IMG/VR virus record: IMGVR_UViG_3300048574_000241
Span: 1 to 41,129 of that record
Direction: 5' to 3' (one strand)
DNA: 41,129 nt
From: a virus
Lineage: Duplodnaviria > Caudoviricetes
Below, one piece after another: positions 8,455 to 17,883 of the stretch. The position numbers and the translations under genes were made by a program. The stretch's first letter is position 1; each line of letters starts with the position of its first letter. The notes under the pieces are model-generated. The model saw only the letters and a program-made list of their open reading frames with translations, was not told the DNA's origin and did not search any database.

Positions 8455-8518
8455 GGGTGGTGTCTCGCTTGGTTGGATGCGCCGCGCAGACGCTACCGTC
8501 TGCGCCCATCCGCCCTAA

Positions 8519-8536
8519 CTCTGACAGGTGTCAGAG
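8519..8536. promoter_or_regulatory. Palindromic late-activator-type box CTCTGAC-N4-GTCAGAG upstream of the sheath gene
   Basis: The 23-mer TAACTCTGACAGGTGTCAGAGCG (8516-8538) is identical at 20188-20210; a third copy of the arms is at 28575-28592. Confidence 0.8.
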
Positions 8537-8989
8537 CGCCGCGAACGCCGCGTCGATCTCTGCGAAGGTGGTGACGGTACCGGCGGCAATCCCCGGCAGA
8601 ACCGTCATGCGGAGATAATCGAACGTCGGCTGGATGTAATCGTCGATAGCCTTGCAGAGCGCGATGAAGTCGGCGGCCTGAATTTCAACGAACTCAACCG
8701 CGCCCACCTGCCACCACACGGATACCGGCGGCTCGGGTTGCTGCAACACGAGCACCTTACTCGCCATCAGCGCGACGCCGCCGGGCGACGTGTCGAACGT
8801 GTATTGCTGGCCGCCGATGCTCGTCGTGTACCCCCCGAATGCCTTGCGCGATTGCGCCGCATTGGCATAGGCGATCAACTCAGCCACAGGCGGCGGCGCG
8901 TTAAGCTCCGCGAGATATGCGGCTTCTTCTTCCGGCGTCAGGTCACGCTCCACGCCATCAATCATCGCTCGAATGGTCATGCACCTCAC
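8531..8989 (-). CDS. Tail fibre assembly/chaperone-like protein (DUF4376-like)
   Basis: Follows the fibre gene; LIAYANA...GG and C-terminal IAAGTVTTFAEIDAAF. Start may be 8980. Confidence 0.7.
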   Translation of the reverse strand: MRCMTIRAMIDGVERDLTPEEEAAYLAELNAPPPVAELIAYANAAQSRKAFGGYTTSIGGQQYTFDTSPGGVALMASKVLVLQQPEPPVSVWWQVGAVEFVEIQAADFIALCKAIDDYIQPTFDYLRMTVLPGIAAGTVTTFAEIDAAFAAL

Positions 8990-10311
8990 CTCATGCCAAA
9001 GAATGCAACGACTGTTCCGGCCGCAACTTGGCCGGACGTGGGGGTATGCCTAATCCTGTCAACCGCCGTGCTGGTTGTCCCCGAAAATCCAGAGAAATCA
9101 TTTGAAGTCGATATTTCGACCATAGTACCCATCGCGGAATACGTTGCGATCTTGACCACACAAAAACGGAACGCTGTTGAGATATCCCCGGATGGGATCA
9201 ACTTAATCTCTGAGGAACTGCTTCGTAAGGACATGTTTGATACTGAGGATGACGTTCCCTTAAACAGCATGAGCCATAGAAACTGCTTGTAAACGCCGGG
9301 CGTCCACGACTGCTCGATGTACGCAGTATTCGCACCAAGCGTTTGTGTCGTTCCGATCTGCTCCCAACCCGCCTTCGCCAGCGCTGCAATCGCCTCCGCC
9401 GTCCGCGCGGGCGTCATCAGCTTATCGGCGTCGGTGCCCGCCTCGGCGTCGGCCTTAACCGCGAGCAACGCGGCAGGAATGTGCGATGCACCGTCCAACT
9501 GAATGACGTTGTTGGCTCCAGTGCCGACATCCTTTGTTGCGGCGGCTCCGAGGCCCAATGCGGTACGCCCTGCGGCCTTATCAACAGCCGCAATGAGCGC
9601 CTTTCCGACTGAGCTCGCGCCGAGGTTGGTCAGCGCATTGCTTTTCTCGGTGCTGTTGAGCCCCTGCGCATCCGTGTCGGTCTGCAGGCGGTTGGCGAGG
9701 GCTGCGGCGACCGGAGCCATCGCGTCAGAGATCGCCGCGCTCGTCTGCTCGATCGTCCAGGCTCCGACCTGGGCGGCCGTCACCTCATGCGGGTTGTCCG
9801 TCCTCGCCTCATGGCCGAGATTCGGCGCGGCGGCCGGCGTGATCGTCCAGGCGCTGAAATTGCCATCGCCGGCGACGTAGTCGACATTCACCGTGAGCGT
9901 CCCGCTCGGCCGATCGTAGGCCGCGAAGCTCGCCAGCATCGCGGCCGTGGTGTCCTGGTTGCTGCGGACCATGAGATAGGCCGCCGGCGCGAAGCGATCC
10001 CGGTTCGCGGCGTCGATCGTGAACTGGCGAACACCGAGGCCGATGGTCACGGCGGTGGAGCTCGTGGCGGTGAAGATCGCCCCGAGCTGGGTCAGGCCCG
10101 CGATTGAGGCCATCGCCGGAGCCAGCACGTCATTGACCCGGGCGAGGCCGATCTCCTGCAGCAGCCGGACGGCATCGTCGAACGAGGCCTTCTTGTCCTC
10201 GACCGATTTCAGACGCACTTCAAGCGTCTGTAAAATCGAATTCCAGACCGCCGGCGTGATGGTCTCGACCTTCGCCGCCGCGAAAGCGTCGAGCAGCGTC
10301 TGGCTGGCCAT
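8986..10311 (-). CDS. Tail fibre / receptor-binding protein
   Basis: HEARTDNPHEVTAAQVG, ARTALGLG-like and EAEAGTD...MTP-like fibre motifs; the C-terminal part is visibly AT-richer. Confidence 0.8.
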   Translation of the reverse strand: MASQTLLDAFAAAKVETITPAVWNSILQTLEVRLKSVEDKKASFDDAVRLLQEIGLARVNDVLAPAMASIAGLTQLGAIFTATSSTAVTIGLGVRQFTIDAANRDRFAPAAYLMVRSNQDTTAAMLASFAAYDRPSGTLTVNVDYVAGDGNFSAWTITPAAAPNLGHEARTDNPHEVTAAQVGAWTIEQTSAAISDAMAPVAAALANRLQTDTDAQGLNSTEKSNALTNLGASSVGKALIAAVDKAAGRTALGLGAAATKDVGTGANNVIQLDGASHIPAALLAVKADAEAGTDADKLMTPARTAEAIAALAKAGWEQIGTTQTLGANTAYIEQSWTPGVYKQFLWLMLFKGTSSSVSNMSLRSSSSEIKLIPSGDISTAFRFCVVKIATYSAMGTMVEISTSNDFSGFSGTTSTAVDRIRHTPTSGQVAAGTVVAFFGMR

Positions 10312-10508
10312 TACGGGGCGACCTCACGCATCGGCGGCATCGGCTCGGCCGACAGCACGATCTCGGGCGGAATCTCCGCGAGCGCGTCGCCCATAAGATA
10401 GTAGGCATGGGCCGGCATGAAGGTCCGGCGCGCGCTGAAGAGATGCGGCTTCTTGAACTTGACGCGATATTCGATCGCCGAATCGTACACGGTGGTTTTC
10501 TTGGCCAT
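10311..10508 (-). CDS. Small hypothetical tail-region protein
   Basis: GGAG upstream; stop overlaps the fibre start codon. Confidence 0.7.
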   Translation of the reverse strand: MAKKTTVYDSAIEYRVKFKKPHLFSARRTFMPAHAYYLMGDALAEIPPEIVLSAEPMPPMREVAP

Positions 10509-10523
10509 TGTGATGCTCCCTGG

Positions 10524-12812
10524 TTACGCCGCCCAGCCCATGCCGACCGTGGCGGAGACGTGGTAGGTCACCAGCGCGTTGTTGGTGGTGCCCTCGATCT
10601 TGACGCGCATCGACGAGATCGACGGCGCGGGATGGAACACGAAGCGGAATTCCTTGCGGCCGGTCACCAGCATGCCGGAGATCATCACGTCGGGCAGATC
10701 GATCTCCTCGGCCGCCGCCGCCGTCACCGTGGTGGCATAGCCCACGCCCACCAGCAGCTTGCAGTTGACGTCATGGCGCGCGTCGTCCCAGTTTTCCACC
10801 TCGACGCGGATTTCGACCTCGTCGCATGCGGCATTGAGTGCGATCGGCAGCGACACCTGCTTGAAGTCGGTGCGCGGCCGCCACGCGGTGACGGTCGACG
10901 CCGCGCCGAGCGTGAGGCTCGGCTGAACGTCGGTGGTGCCGACGAACACGATGCGGTACGGCAACAGCGCCGGCAGGCCGGCGAACAGATTGAGCGATCC
11001 GCCGTCGATCCGCCGCCATACCGAATTGACCTGGACCTCGTGATGGAGCTCGGTGCCGGGCGGCGTGATCGCCTCGCACAGCAGGTCGATGTTGGCGATG
11101 CCGTTCTCCAGCGTGATCGGCTGCATCTGGACCTCGGTGCGCGGCGAGGCGAACTCCGCGAATACCAGCTCGATCGGCACGTCGCGGGTGAGGTCGCCCT
11201 GGAACCAGGAGCCATCGGTGCACTGGAAGAACGAGCCTTCCAGGTACTTGTTGCCGGTGACCAGCGCCATGAAGTGGTTGCCGGGCGTGGCCCACACCAC
11301 GGCGTATTGAGCCGCGCCGAGATAGACCGGCGTGATCGGGATCTCGGTCTTGACCGGCAGCACCTTCAGGTTTTCGGCGGCGACGGTGGTGCGGGCGATG
11401 ACGCGCTTGGGGTCCGGTGAGCCGCCGGAGGTCTCGCAGATCATGACGTGAATGTCGCCGGTGTCGGCGACACGGGTGAGCGGCAGGCGGATGGCGGTGA
11501 GCCAGCCGCCCTGGGCGTTGAGCCAGGTCTGGCCGCTGATCGCACCCGAAACCGCCTGGGTTTCCACGCGCGTCTCGGTGTAGGCCTCCTCGAAGGTGTC
11601 CACCCAGTACTGGCGCACGCGCAGGATCTCGTGGCCGACACCGAGGTTTTTGGTGAACGACACCACCTCGTAGGTTTCGCCATCCCGCGCGAACAGGCCC
11701 TGGGCGGCGTTGAACTGGCCCGACTTCCACCACGCGGTGTTGGTGCAGACGTCGAAGCTCTCGCCGTAGCGCGTGCGCTGGCGCGTCGCGGTCAACTGCT
11801 CGGTCTGGATGGTCTGATAGGCGTATTGCGCCATCGCGAACTCGCTGTCCTGACCGGTGACCGCGATCCGCGTGACGGGCGTGTATTTCGGCAGCATGAA
11901 GGTGCCGCCGGTCAGCTTGACGCTGGTCTCGTACTGGTTGAGCAGCAGGATCTGCGCCAGCGACTGCTGCGCCGCCGGAAAGCGGATGCCTTCCTCGACC
12001 CGGGCGAGGTGGTCGGGATGGGCGATGTCGGTATGGCGCAGGTCGAGGAAATGATCGGCGTAGGAGCCGACAACGTCCTGCGGCACGTTGAGGATGTCCT
12101 TGATCCGCGCGACGTCGGCGATCACATCATTCATCGAGCGCCGCGTGACCATGCCGCGCGTGCGCGCGTTGAGCGCGGCCAGATCGGAGGCCAGCGTGTC
12201 GAGGCGCGCGCCGGCCTGATTGCGCCACGCATCAAGGTCCTTGATCTTGGTGGTGTTGGCGGCCACCGACGACAGCCGGTTGATGTCGGCCGCTACGATC
12301 GAGACGATGCCGGCAGGCGACAGCGTCACATAGGCCACCGCCAGCACATTGGCGTCGAGTGCGGCCGGCTGCGGCTCCACCGCCTCGATGCCGGCGGCGA
12401 GATTGACCTCGGCGTGACGGCGGCTTTCCGTGGCGACGGCGTCGGCATAGGTCGCGCGGGTGACGGAGTCCTCGAGAAAGGTGCGCGGCTCGACCGCGGT
12501 CATCACCTCCTGGCCCCACACCGCGACGGTCACGACGCGGCGCGTCACCAGCGGGATGTAGTCGGCGAGCTGCAGCACCACGCCGCCGTCGTCGTCACGG
12601 TAGAACACGCGACCGACCGAATAGAAACGGCCGGCTCCCACCGTGATCTCCAGCGGCCCGCTCTGCACCACCGAAAAGCCGGTGAACTTCTTGCCGGGAT
12701 CGATGCCGTCGTTGACCACATGGTCGAGCGACGCGCGCGCGAACAGGCCGGCGTTGTTCAGGTCGGCGGAGGCGATCTTCTGGTTGGGCGAAATCCTGAC
12801 GTTGCGTTCCAT
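10524..12812 (-). CDS. Large tail/baseplate structural protein
   Basis: 762 aa, AGGAG upstream, beta-rich composition; lies between gpI and the fibre gene. Confidence 0.75.
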   Translation of the reverse strand: MERNVRISPNQKIASADLNNAGLFARASLDHVVNDGIDPGKKFTGFSVVQSGPLEITVGAGRFYSVGRVFYRDDDGGVVLQLADYIPLVTRRVVTVAVWGQEVMTAVEPRTFLEDSVTRATYADAVATESRRHAEVNLAAGIEAVEPQPAALDANVLAVAYVTLSPAGIVSIVAADINRLSSVAANTTKIKDLDAWRNQAGARLDTLASDLAALNARTRGMVTRRSMNDVIADVARIKDILNVPQDVVGSYADHFLDLRHTDIAHPDHLARVEEGIRFPAAQQSLAQILLLNQYETSVKLTGGTFMLPKYTPVTRIAVTGQDSEFAMAQYAYQTIQTEQLTATRQRTRYGESFDVCTNTAWWKSGQFNAAQGLFARDGETYEVVSFTKNLGVGHEILRVRQYWVDTFEEAYTETRVETQAVSGAISGQTWLNAQGGWLTAIRLPLTRVADTGDIHVMICETSGGSPDPKRVIARTTVAAENLKVLPVKTEIPITPVYLGAAQYAVVWATPGNHFMALVTGNKYLEGSFFQCTDGSWFQGDLTRDVPIELVFAEFASPRTEVQMQPITLENGIANIDLLCEAITPPGTELHHEVQVNSVWRRIDGGSLNLFAGLPALLPYRIVFVGTTDVQPSLTLGAASTVTAWRPRTDFKQVSLPIALNAACDEVEIRVEVENWDDARHDVNCKLLVGVGYATTVTAAAAEEIDLPDVMISGMLVTGRKEFRFVFHPAPSISSMRVKIEGTTNNALVTYHVSATVGMGWAA

Positions 12813-12820
12813 GGTCTCTC

Positions 12821-14080
12821 CTAGAGTCGAAACGAGGTGGTGCCGCCGAAGCGGAAGGAGCCGTCGAGCGGAATGCCGTCGGCGAAGGTCAGCGGCCGGC
12901 GCATCTTGTGGGTGACCAGCACCCGGTCGCGCAGCGCTTTGGAAACGTTGACGGCTTCGCGCGCCCGCATGCGCCGCGTATCGTCCTCGGCAATCGCGAA
13001 GCCGTCGTCACAGAAGCCGTCGTCGGTGAAGCCGGCGCGCGGCTCGGCCTGCTGCTGCAGGTCGATCAGCGCCATCGCGGTGAAGCCCGGAAGCCCGAGT
13101 CGAGCGTCGTCGTAGAACGACCAGCCGTCGATCATCGGTGCGGCGCGGGCCGGATCGTGCAGCACGATCCGGTCGTAGAGCATCCAGGCCGCGCCATCGG
13201 TGCCTGCGAACCCGTCGTCGCAATAGGCGTCGTCGCAGAACGACAGCTCGTCGCCGGTGCCGCGCGCGCTGATGCGCTCCGAGCGCACGTCGATCGGATC
13301 GAGACCGGGCGCGATCGCATGCATCGCCAAAGACGAGGTGACGTGCTGATAGGCCACCTCCTGCCGATAGGTGACGAAACGCGGTTCCAGCACGGTGGCG
13401 TCGACGAAACCATCGTCGGCAAAGGACGCATCGGCGAAGGCGGTGTCGGCTGCGGCCTCGCCGGGGATCATCACCCGCTCGATGCGCAGGCCGAGCCGCG
13501 CCTCGCGCTCGGTGGTCAGCTCGGTCATGACCAGCGGCGTCTCGACGCCGCGATCCCACAGCCGGGCGGCGCGGCCGTAGAGCGCGCGGCCGGCGTCGAA
13601 CAGCGCAAAGGCGTCGTCGTAGAAATCCTGCTCGATGAAGGCGGCCGCGCCAGCCTCGCCGACCTCGCGGGCGAGATAGACGCGGATCTGCGGCATGGTC
13701 CGCAGCCATGCGTCCAGTTCGTCTTTGGTCAGGTCGCGGCCGGCGAACGCGCCCTGGGGCGGCCGGACGAACTGGACAATATCGCCGTCCGTCAGCGCCA
13801 CATGATCGCGGATGCCTTGCGGCGTGCCCTTGAGCCGGTGCAGGTCGAAGCTGCGGGCGATGACCCGCCGCTTTTTCTCCTCGGACCAGGCATCGTCCCA
13901 GATGTCGATCGACCATTCCCAGCCGAGCCATGGCAGGAAGCGCGCCGGGGTTTCAGCGGGGCGGTGCATCGCCTCGATCGGCGACGGGATCGCGGTGATG
14001 CGATCGGTCAGCGCCGCCACCGTGCGCTCGTCGGCGGTCGCGTTGGGTGGCAGGAGGTGGTCGGACGCGGTCGGCAACAT
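12821..14080 (-). CDS. Tail protein I (P2 gpI-like) with an acidic-aromatic repeat extension
   Basis: LLPPNAT..E, FLPWLGWEWSID.W, LHRLKGT; repeated F-x-D-x-x-F-x-DD-x-F motifs. Confidence 0.9.
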   Translation of the reverse strand: MLPTASDHLLPPNATADERTVAALTDRITAIPSPIEAMHRPAETPARFLPWLGWEWSIDIWDDAWSEEKKRRVIARSFDLHRLKGTPQGIRDHVALTDGDIVQFVRPPQGAFAGRDLTKDELDAWLRTMPQIRVYLAREVGEAGAAAFIEQDFYDDAFALFDAGRALYGRAARLWDRGVETPLVMTELTTEREARLGLRIERVMIPGEAAADTAFADASFADDGFVDATVLEPRFVTYRQEVAYQHVTSSLAMHAIAPGLDPIDVRSERISARGTGDELSFCDDAYCDDGFAGTDGAAWMLYDRIVLHDPARAAPMIDGWSFYDDARLGLPGFTAMALIDLQQQAEPRAGFTDDGFCDDGFAIAEDDTRRMRAREAVNVSKALRDRVLVTHKMRRPLTFADGIPLDGSFRFGGTTSFRL

Positions 14081-14922
14081 CAGATCACCGCCGTTTCAAT
14101 GAAGGTTGAAACCAGCCGCGGCACCTGATGCGGCCCGACAACGACGTCTCCGGACGGCTCGGACATCACCACGTTGTCGACACCGCCGGCCTTGAGCGCG
14201 GCGGTGACGCCGACCGCATAGATGGTGCTGGCGATGGCGTAGCGCTCGGCGCGATAGGCGGCGAGGCGAAGCGCCGCCTGCGCCTTGACCGCATCGGGGT
14301 CCGGCCCGCGCCGCACCTGGAGAACGGCGCGGATGGTGTAATCGACCGGCTCGGCCGCGCGCACGGAGACGGTATCGGTCAGCGGGCAGACGTCCTCGCG
14401 CCCGAGAAACTCCGCAATCGCCAAGAGCGCCTCGGGCGGGACGTCGGCGGCGTCGGGCATCGCCACGATGACATGGACCACGCCGGGCTCGGGCGCGTAG
14501 GCAAAGGCGTCGGCGATGGCGGGAGCGACGGTGAGCGCCCAATACTCGTAAGCGCCGGGAGGCCCCGCCGTGGAAAACGCCTCGGGCGCGAGCTGAATAC
14601 GGCGGCGGTAGCGCGCATCGTCCTCGCCGTCGAGGCGCTTGCAGGTAAAGCGCGCGCCGATGTGATCGAGATCGCTACCAAACGCCTTGGCGAGCAGCGT
14701 CGCCAGCGCGGCGGTGTTGACGCGGGCGCGTAGCATCGTCTCGCGATAAGCAAGCACCTCGATAAACTTCATCACCGGCTCGGATTCGAGCACCGCCGTC
14801 CATTCCGGCCAGCGTAACCTGTAATCGGCCACGGCCGCCGCGACATAGCTTTCCGCGTCGAGCGCGTCGATCAGCGCCGGCGGCGGCAGTTGCGAGAGGT
14901 CGATGACCGAGGGCTGCCTCAT
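14080..14922 (-). CDS. Baseplate J/gp47 family protein
   Basis: IDLSQLPPP, LESEP, GSDLDH, RRIQLAPEAFSTAGPPGAYEY, PLTD.V.V. Confidence 0.93.
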   Translation of the reverse strand: MRQPSVIDLSQLPPPALIDALDAESYVAAAVADYRLRWPEWTAVLESEPVMKFIEVLAYRETMLRARVNTAALATLLAKAFGSDLDHIGARFTCKRLDGEDDARYRRRIQLAPEAFSTAGPPGAYEYWALTVAPAIADAFAYAPEPGVVHVIVAMPDAADVPPEALLAIAEFLGREDVCPLTDTVSVRAAEPVDYTIRAVLQVRRGPDPDAVKAQAALRLAAYRAERYAIASTIYAVGVTAALKAGGVDNVVMSEPSGDVVVGPHQVPRLVSTFIETAVI

Positions 14923-15254
14923 AGCGCGATCCTCGTCGAGACGCTGCGGCCGTCCTCGAGATAGGTCAGGTCGAGGTCGAGTTCGCCGACGCCGTCGGGC
15001 GATGCCTGGACGAACTGCACCCGCTCCAGGCGCACGCGCGGCTCCCACCTGTCGAGGGCGTCGGCGGCGGCGATCACGAAGTCGAGCGTGGTCGCGTCAT
15101 TCATCGGCCGGTCGAGCAGCGCCGGGATCTGCGAGCCGTAGTCACGGCGCAGCACCCGCGAGCCGATCGGCGTCGTCAGGATGTCCCGGATCGACTGGAC
15201 GACGTGATCCCAGCCCGACAGCGGGGCAAGGGTTGCGGCCGACGTGCCCTGCAT
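14919..15254 (-). CDS. Baseplate wedge W/gp25 family protein
   Basis: QSIRDILTTPIGSRVLRRDYGS, WEPRV. Confidence 0.93.
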   Translation of the reverse strand: MQGTSAATLAPLSGWDHVVQSIRDILTTPIGSRVLRRDYGSQIPALLDRPMNDATTLDFVIAAADALDRWEPRVRLERVQFVQASPDGVGELDLDLTYLEDGRSVSTRIAL

Positions 15255-15463
15255 CACTCGACCTTCTTGTGCCTGCGGCCGCCAGCATTTTCGGCGGGCG
15301 CATCGGCCGGCCGATCGGCGGCGGGTTGATCGGTGCTGTCCAGCGTGATCTGGCCACCTCGCAACAGCCATTTTGCCTCGGCGTCGGTGAGCTCGATCAT
15401 CTCGCCCGCCTTGCGATAATTGCCGTCGAGCCAGCCTTCGCTCATGACCTTGTAACGCGGCAT
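15254..15463 (-). CDS. Small hypothetical baseplate-region protein
   Basis: AGGAGG upstream; YRKAGEMIELTDAEAKWL; stop overlaps the gpW start. Confidence 0.75.
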   Translation of the reverse strand: MPRYKVMSEGWLDGNYRKAGEMIELTDAEAKWLLRGGQITLDSTDQPAADRPADAPAENAGGRRHKKVE

Positions 15464-15472
15464 TCCAGCCTC

Positions 15473-15997
15473 CTAATCGCTGTCCGGATCGTCTCCGACG
15501 ACCGGATCGGTTGACACGATGATGTCGCCGCCCTTGACGACGACATGCCCGCTCGCCGTCTTGAGCTTCGCGAGCTCCTTCTTGACGACGACGCGACCGC
15601 CGTCCTTGAAGCCGATGATGGTGCGCTCCTTGGTCATGCTGGCGATGTTGTCGCCGATCTTGATCAGGCGCTCGCCCTTGTCGGTGGAGGGCTGCTTGAA
15701 CTGGTCGGAATAGCCGCCCTGGAGCACGAAGCCCTGGCCGGGCTCGCCGGTCGGCGAAACAAACACCACGCGCTCGCCGACCGTCGGCGGCTCCCACTCG
15801 ACGATGTCGCCCGCGCGGGTCAGCCAGGGCGACCAGCCGCTCTTGAGGCCATGGGCCTCGACCTTGACCAACCCCTTGTCCGCGTCGATCTCGACGACCT
15901 TCGCTTCCCGCACGGTGTTGTTGAGCCGGCGGTCGAGCTGCTCCATGCGCTTTTCGAGCGCGAGGATGTAACGGCCGAGTTCGTCGACCGCGCTCAT
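15473..15997 (-). CDS. Baseplate assembly protein V (spike)
   Basis: SGWSPWLTRAG...WEPPTVGERV..VSPTGE. Confidence 0.9.
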   Translation of the reverse strand: MSAVDELGRYILALEKRMEQLDRRLNNTVREAKVVEIDADKGLVKVEAHGLKSGWSPWLTRAGDIVEWEPPTVGERVVFVSPTGEPGQGFVLQGGYSDQFKQPSTDKGERLIKIGDNIASMTKERTIIGFKDGGRVVVKKELAKLKTASGHVVVKGGDIIVSTDPVVGDDPDSD

Positions 15998-16548
15998 GCC
16001 TCGCCTCCGACGATCACGGTCGGCGGGCCGTCGCCATCGCTGATAGTCACCACCACCGGCGCGCCTGGCGGTGGCGCGCTGGAGATCCCGGCGGCGATGT
16101 CGTCCGTACCGATGCGCACCGTGTGCGACCACAGCACCACCCAGACCGCCAGCCCGGCGCGATCGAGTTCGTCATCACCGACCGGCTCGACGTGAATGTT
16201 GATCGCCGGCTGGCAGGTCGGCACCGCTTTCGCGGGAATCCACGACGTCAGCTTTGTGGCGACGGCGATCGCGAAGTCGATGGCGTCATCGTCGGCGTCC
16301 TCGACCCGGCCGGACTGCGTCACGATGACCGCCGAGAACGACAGGTCGATCTGCACCTCGCCCGATGCGCAGGGTTTCGGCTTGGAGCCGCCCACCAGGC
16401 CAACCGCGCACGCCGGCGAGGCGCGCAGCATCCGCTTGAGATCGTCGACCGTGTAGCGGCCGACATGCGGGGTCACGTCCTTGAAGCCGAGTTGAGCGGC
16501 CTTGATGAGGTCGACGATCGCCGAGCGGAGCGCGCGCGGAGTGCTCAT
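15994..16548 (-). CDS. Mu gp37-like tail terminator/completion protein
   Basis: Position after gp36/gpG; HVGRY..DDLKR...PA..V; overlapping start and stop codons. Confidence 0.65.
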   Translation of the reverse strand: MSTPRALRSAIVDLIKAAQLGFKDVTPHVGRYTVDDLKRMLRASPACAVGLVGGSKPKPCASGEVQIDLSFSAVIVTQSGRVEDADDDAIDFAIAVATKLTSWIPAKAVPTCQPAINIHVEPVGDDELDRAGLAVWVVLWSHTVRIGTDDIAAGISSAPPPGAPVVVTISDGDGPPTVIVGGEA

Positions 16549-17036
16549 TCCTCGCCTCCGAGATCGGCCAGCATGGCGTTGAGCTCCTCAACGATCTCGT
16601 CGTGATTCTCCGTTGACAGGCCGATGAAGGGACGCGCCGGGATGGTGACCTTGTGGGCGAACACCGGCGCGCCGTTGGGGCCGATGCGGAACATCAGCCG
16701 CTTGGCGTTGCGCGGCCGGATGGTCATGCCGGTCTGATGGACGTGGGCATGCTGCCAGTGCGCCTCGACGATGGCGTCGGGCCCGGACGTCCTGTTGGCG
16801 ATGCTGTCGCGCAGATGGCGGCCGGTGCGCAGCAGCGTCGAGGTGCCGGTGCGGTTGGGAGCCCACGCGACGCCGCGCGGCGAGCGCTTCTCGCTCTCGA
16901 TGCGGCGGCGCGTCTGACTTTCGAGGATCGGCGCAATCCGTTGCGCCCCGTCGGCCGGGCTCCAGCCGGTCAGCCGTTCGAGCTGCTCGACGGCGGCGGC
17001 GATGCCATGGGTGGTGATGATGAGGGAGACGCTCAC
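16545..17036 (-). CDS. Phage virion morphogenesis protein (Mu gpG / P2 gpS-like)
   Basis: RRIESEKRSPRGVAWAP, LLRTGRHLRDSI, VHQTG, VTIPARPFIGLS. Confidence 0.9.
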   Translation of the reverse strand: MSVSLIITTHGIAAAVEQLERLTGWSPADGAQRIAPILESQTRRRIESEKRSPRGVAWAPNRTGTSTLLRTGRHLRDSIANRTSGPDAIVEAHWQHAHVHQTGMTIRPRNAKRLMFRIGPNGAPVFAHKVTIPARPFIGLSTENHDEIVEELNAMLADLGGEE

Positions 17037-17485
17037 GTCATCAGCCCCGAATTGCGATTCGTGCGGCGGCCCGAGGTGATGAACTGCACGTCGTCGCTGG
17101 AGCCGGAGGCCGCGGTGGAATCGGGCTGGTTGGTGGTGTCGATGCCGGGCAGGCTCGCCTTGCCGGTGGAGACGGCGATCAGAAACTTGACGGCGTCCTC
17201 GTAGCGCGTGCGCAGCTCGTCGCGCGGCCGGCCATTGCGCAGCGCGAGGCGATAGATCGCCATGTCGATCGCGAAGGCGCGCAGCACCTCGGGAACGAGC
17301 GGCAGCGGCAGGCTGTGGCGCGCGCCGATATAGGCGTCGATCTGGCCAGCGCTTTCGGACAGCGCCTGGTCGATGCGAACGATATCCTCGTCGCCGAACA
17401 CGCCGTCGCGCGCGAGGTTGAGCACGCCGCGCAGCTCATCCGCGCCGTAGAGAGCCTCAATGTCCGATCGCGTCGCGTAGATCAT
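17033..17485 (-). CDS. Head-tail connector, Mu gp36 (DUF1320)-like
   Basis: YATRSDI...IDAYIGARHSLPL...DMAIYRL...RYEDAVKFL. Confidence 0.92.
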   Translation of the reverse strand: MIYATRSDIEALYGADELRGVLNLARDGVFGDEDIVRIDQALSESAGQIDAYIGARHSLPLPLVPEVLRAFAIDMAIYRLALRNGRPRDELRTRYEDAVKFLIAVSTGKASLPGIDTTNQPDSTAASGSSDDVQFITSGRRTNRNSGLMT

Positions 17486-17520
17486 GGGCGCAGCCTGCCG
17501 GGGTCAGGGATCAGAGGTGA

Positions 17521-17546
17521 CGGGGACGGCCTGATGACCGTCCCCG
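17521..17546 (-). terminator. GC-rich hairpin after the capsid genes (terminator/attenuator-like)
   Basis: CGGGGACGG-N8-CCGTCCCCG; no strong U-tract. Confidence 0.45.
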
Positions 17547-17602
17547 CCAGGGCGGATCGAATGATCCGCATCGCCGCGCGATGATGGCTGAACGCGCGGA
17601 GC

Positions 17603-17875
17603 TCACGTTTCCGGTGCGGCATCCTTGCCGGGAGACGCATCGACGATGCCGAGGCACGGATCGTTGACGATCGCCTCCAACTGCTCGGCGGTGAGCGTGC
17701 CAGCCGGGATGATCACGGGCTCGATGCCGAAAGCGATGCCGCCGCGATAGCGACGCGGGACAGACGCCCGGACCTTCATGGCCCCATGCTGGACTGCATC
17801 AACGGATGGCGCGTCCGGCGGCATCGTGGTGCTGCCGGCGTCAAGGGCTTGCTGGGTTGGTTTTGGTTTCGCCAT
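17603..17875 (-). CDS. Mu gp35 / HI1506-like protein
   Basis: RYRGGIAFGIEP...LTAEQLEAIVNDP.L; directly after the capsid gene. Confidence 0.75.
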   Translation of the reverse strand: MAKPKPTQQALDAGSTTMPPDAPSVDAVQHGAMKVRASVPRRYRGGIAFGIEPVIIPAGTLTAEQLEAIVNDPCLGIVDASPGKDAAPET

Positions 17876-17883
17876 GTCCGACC

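Noticed and set aside
8986-10311. Invertible G segment or diversity-generating retroelement at the fibre gene
   Set aside because: No recombinase, flanking inverted repeats, reverse transcriptase or template repeat seen.
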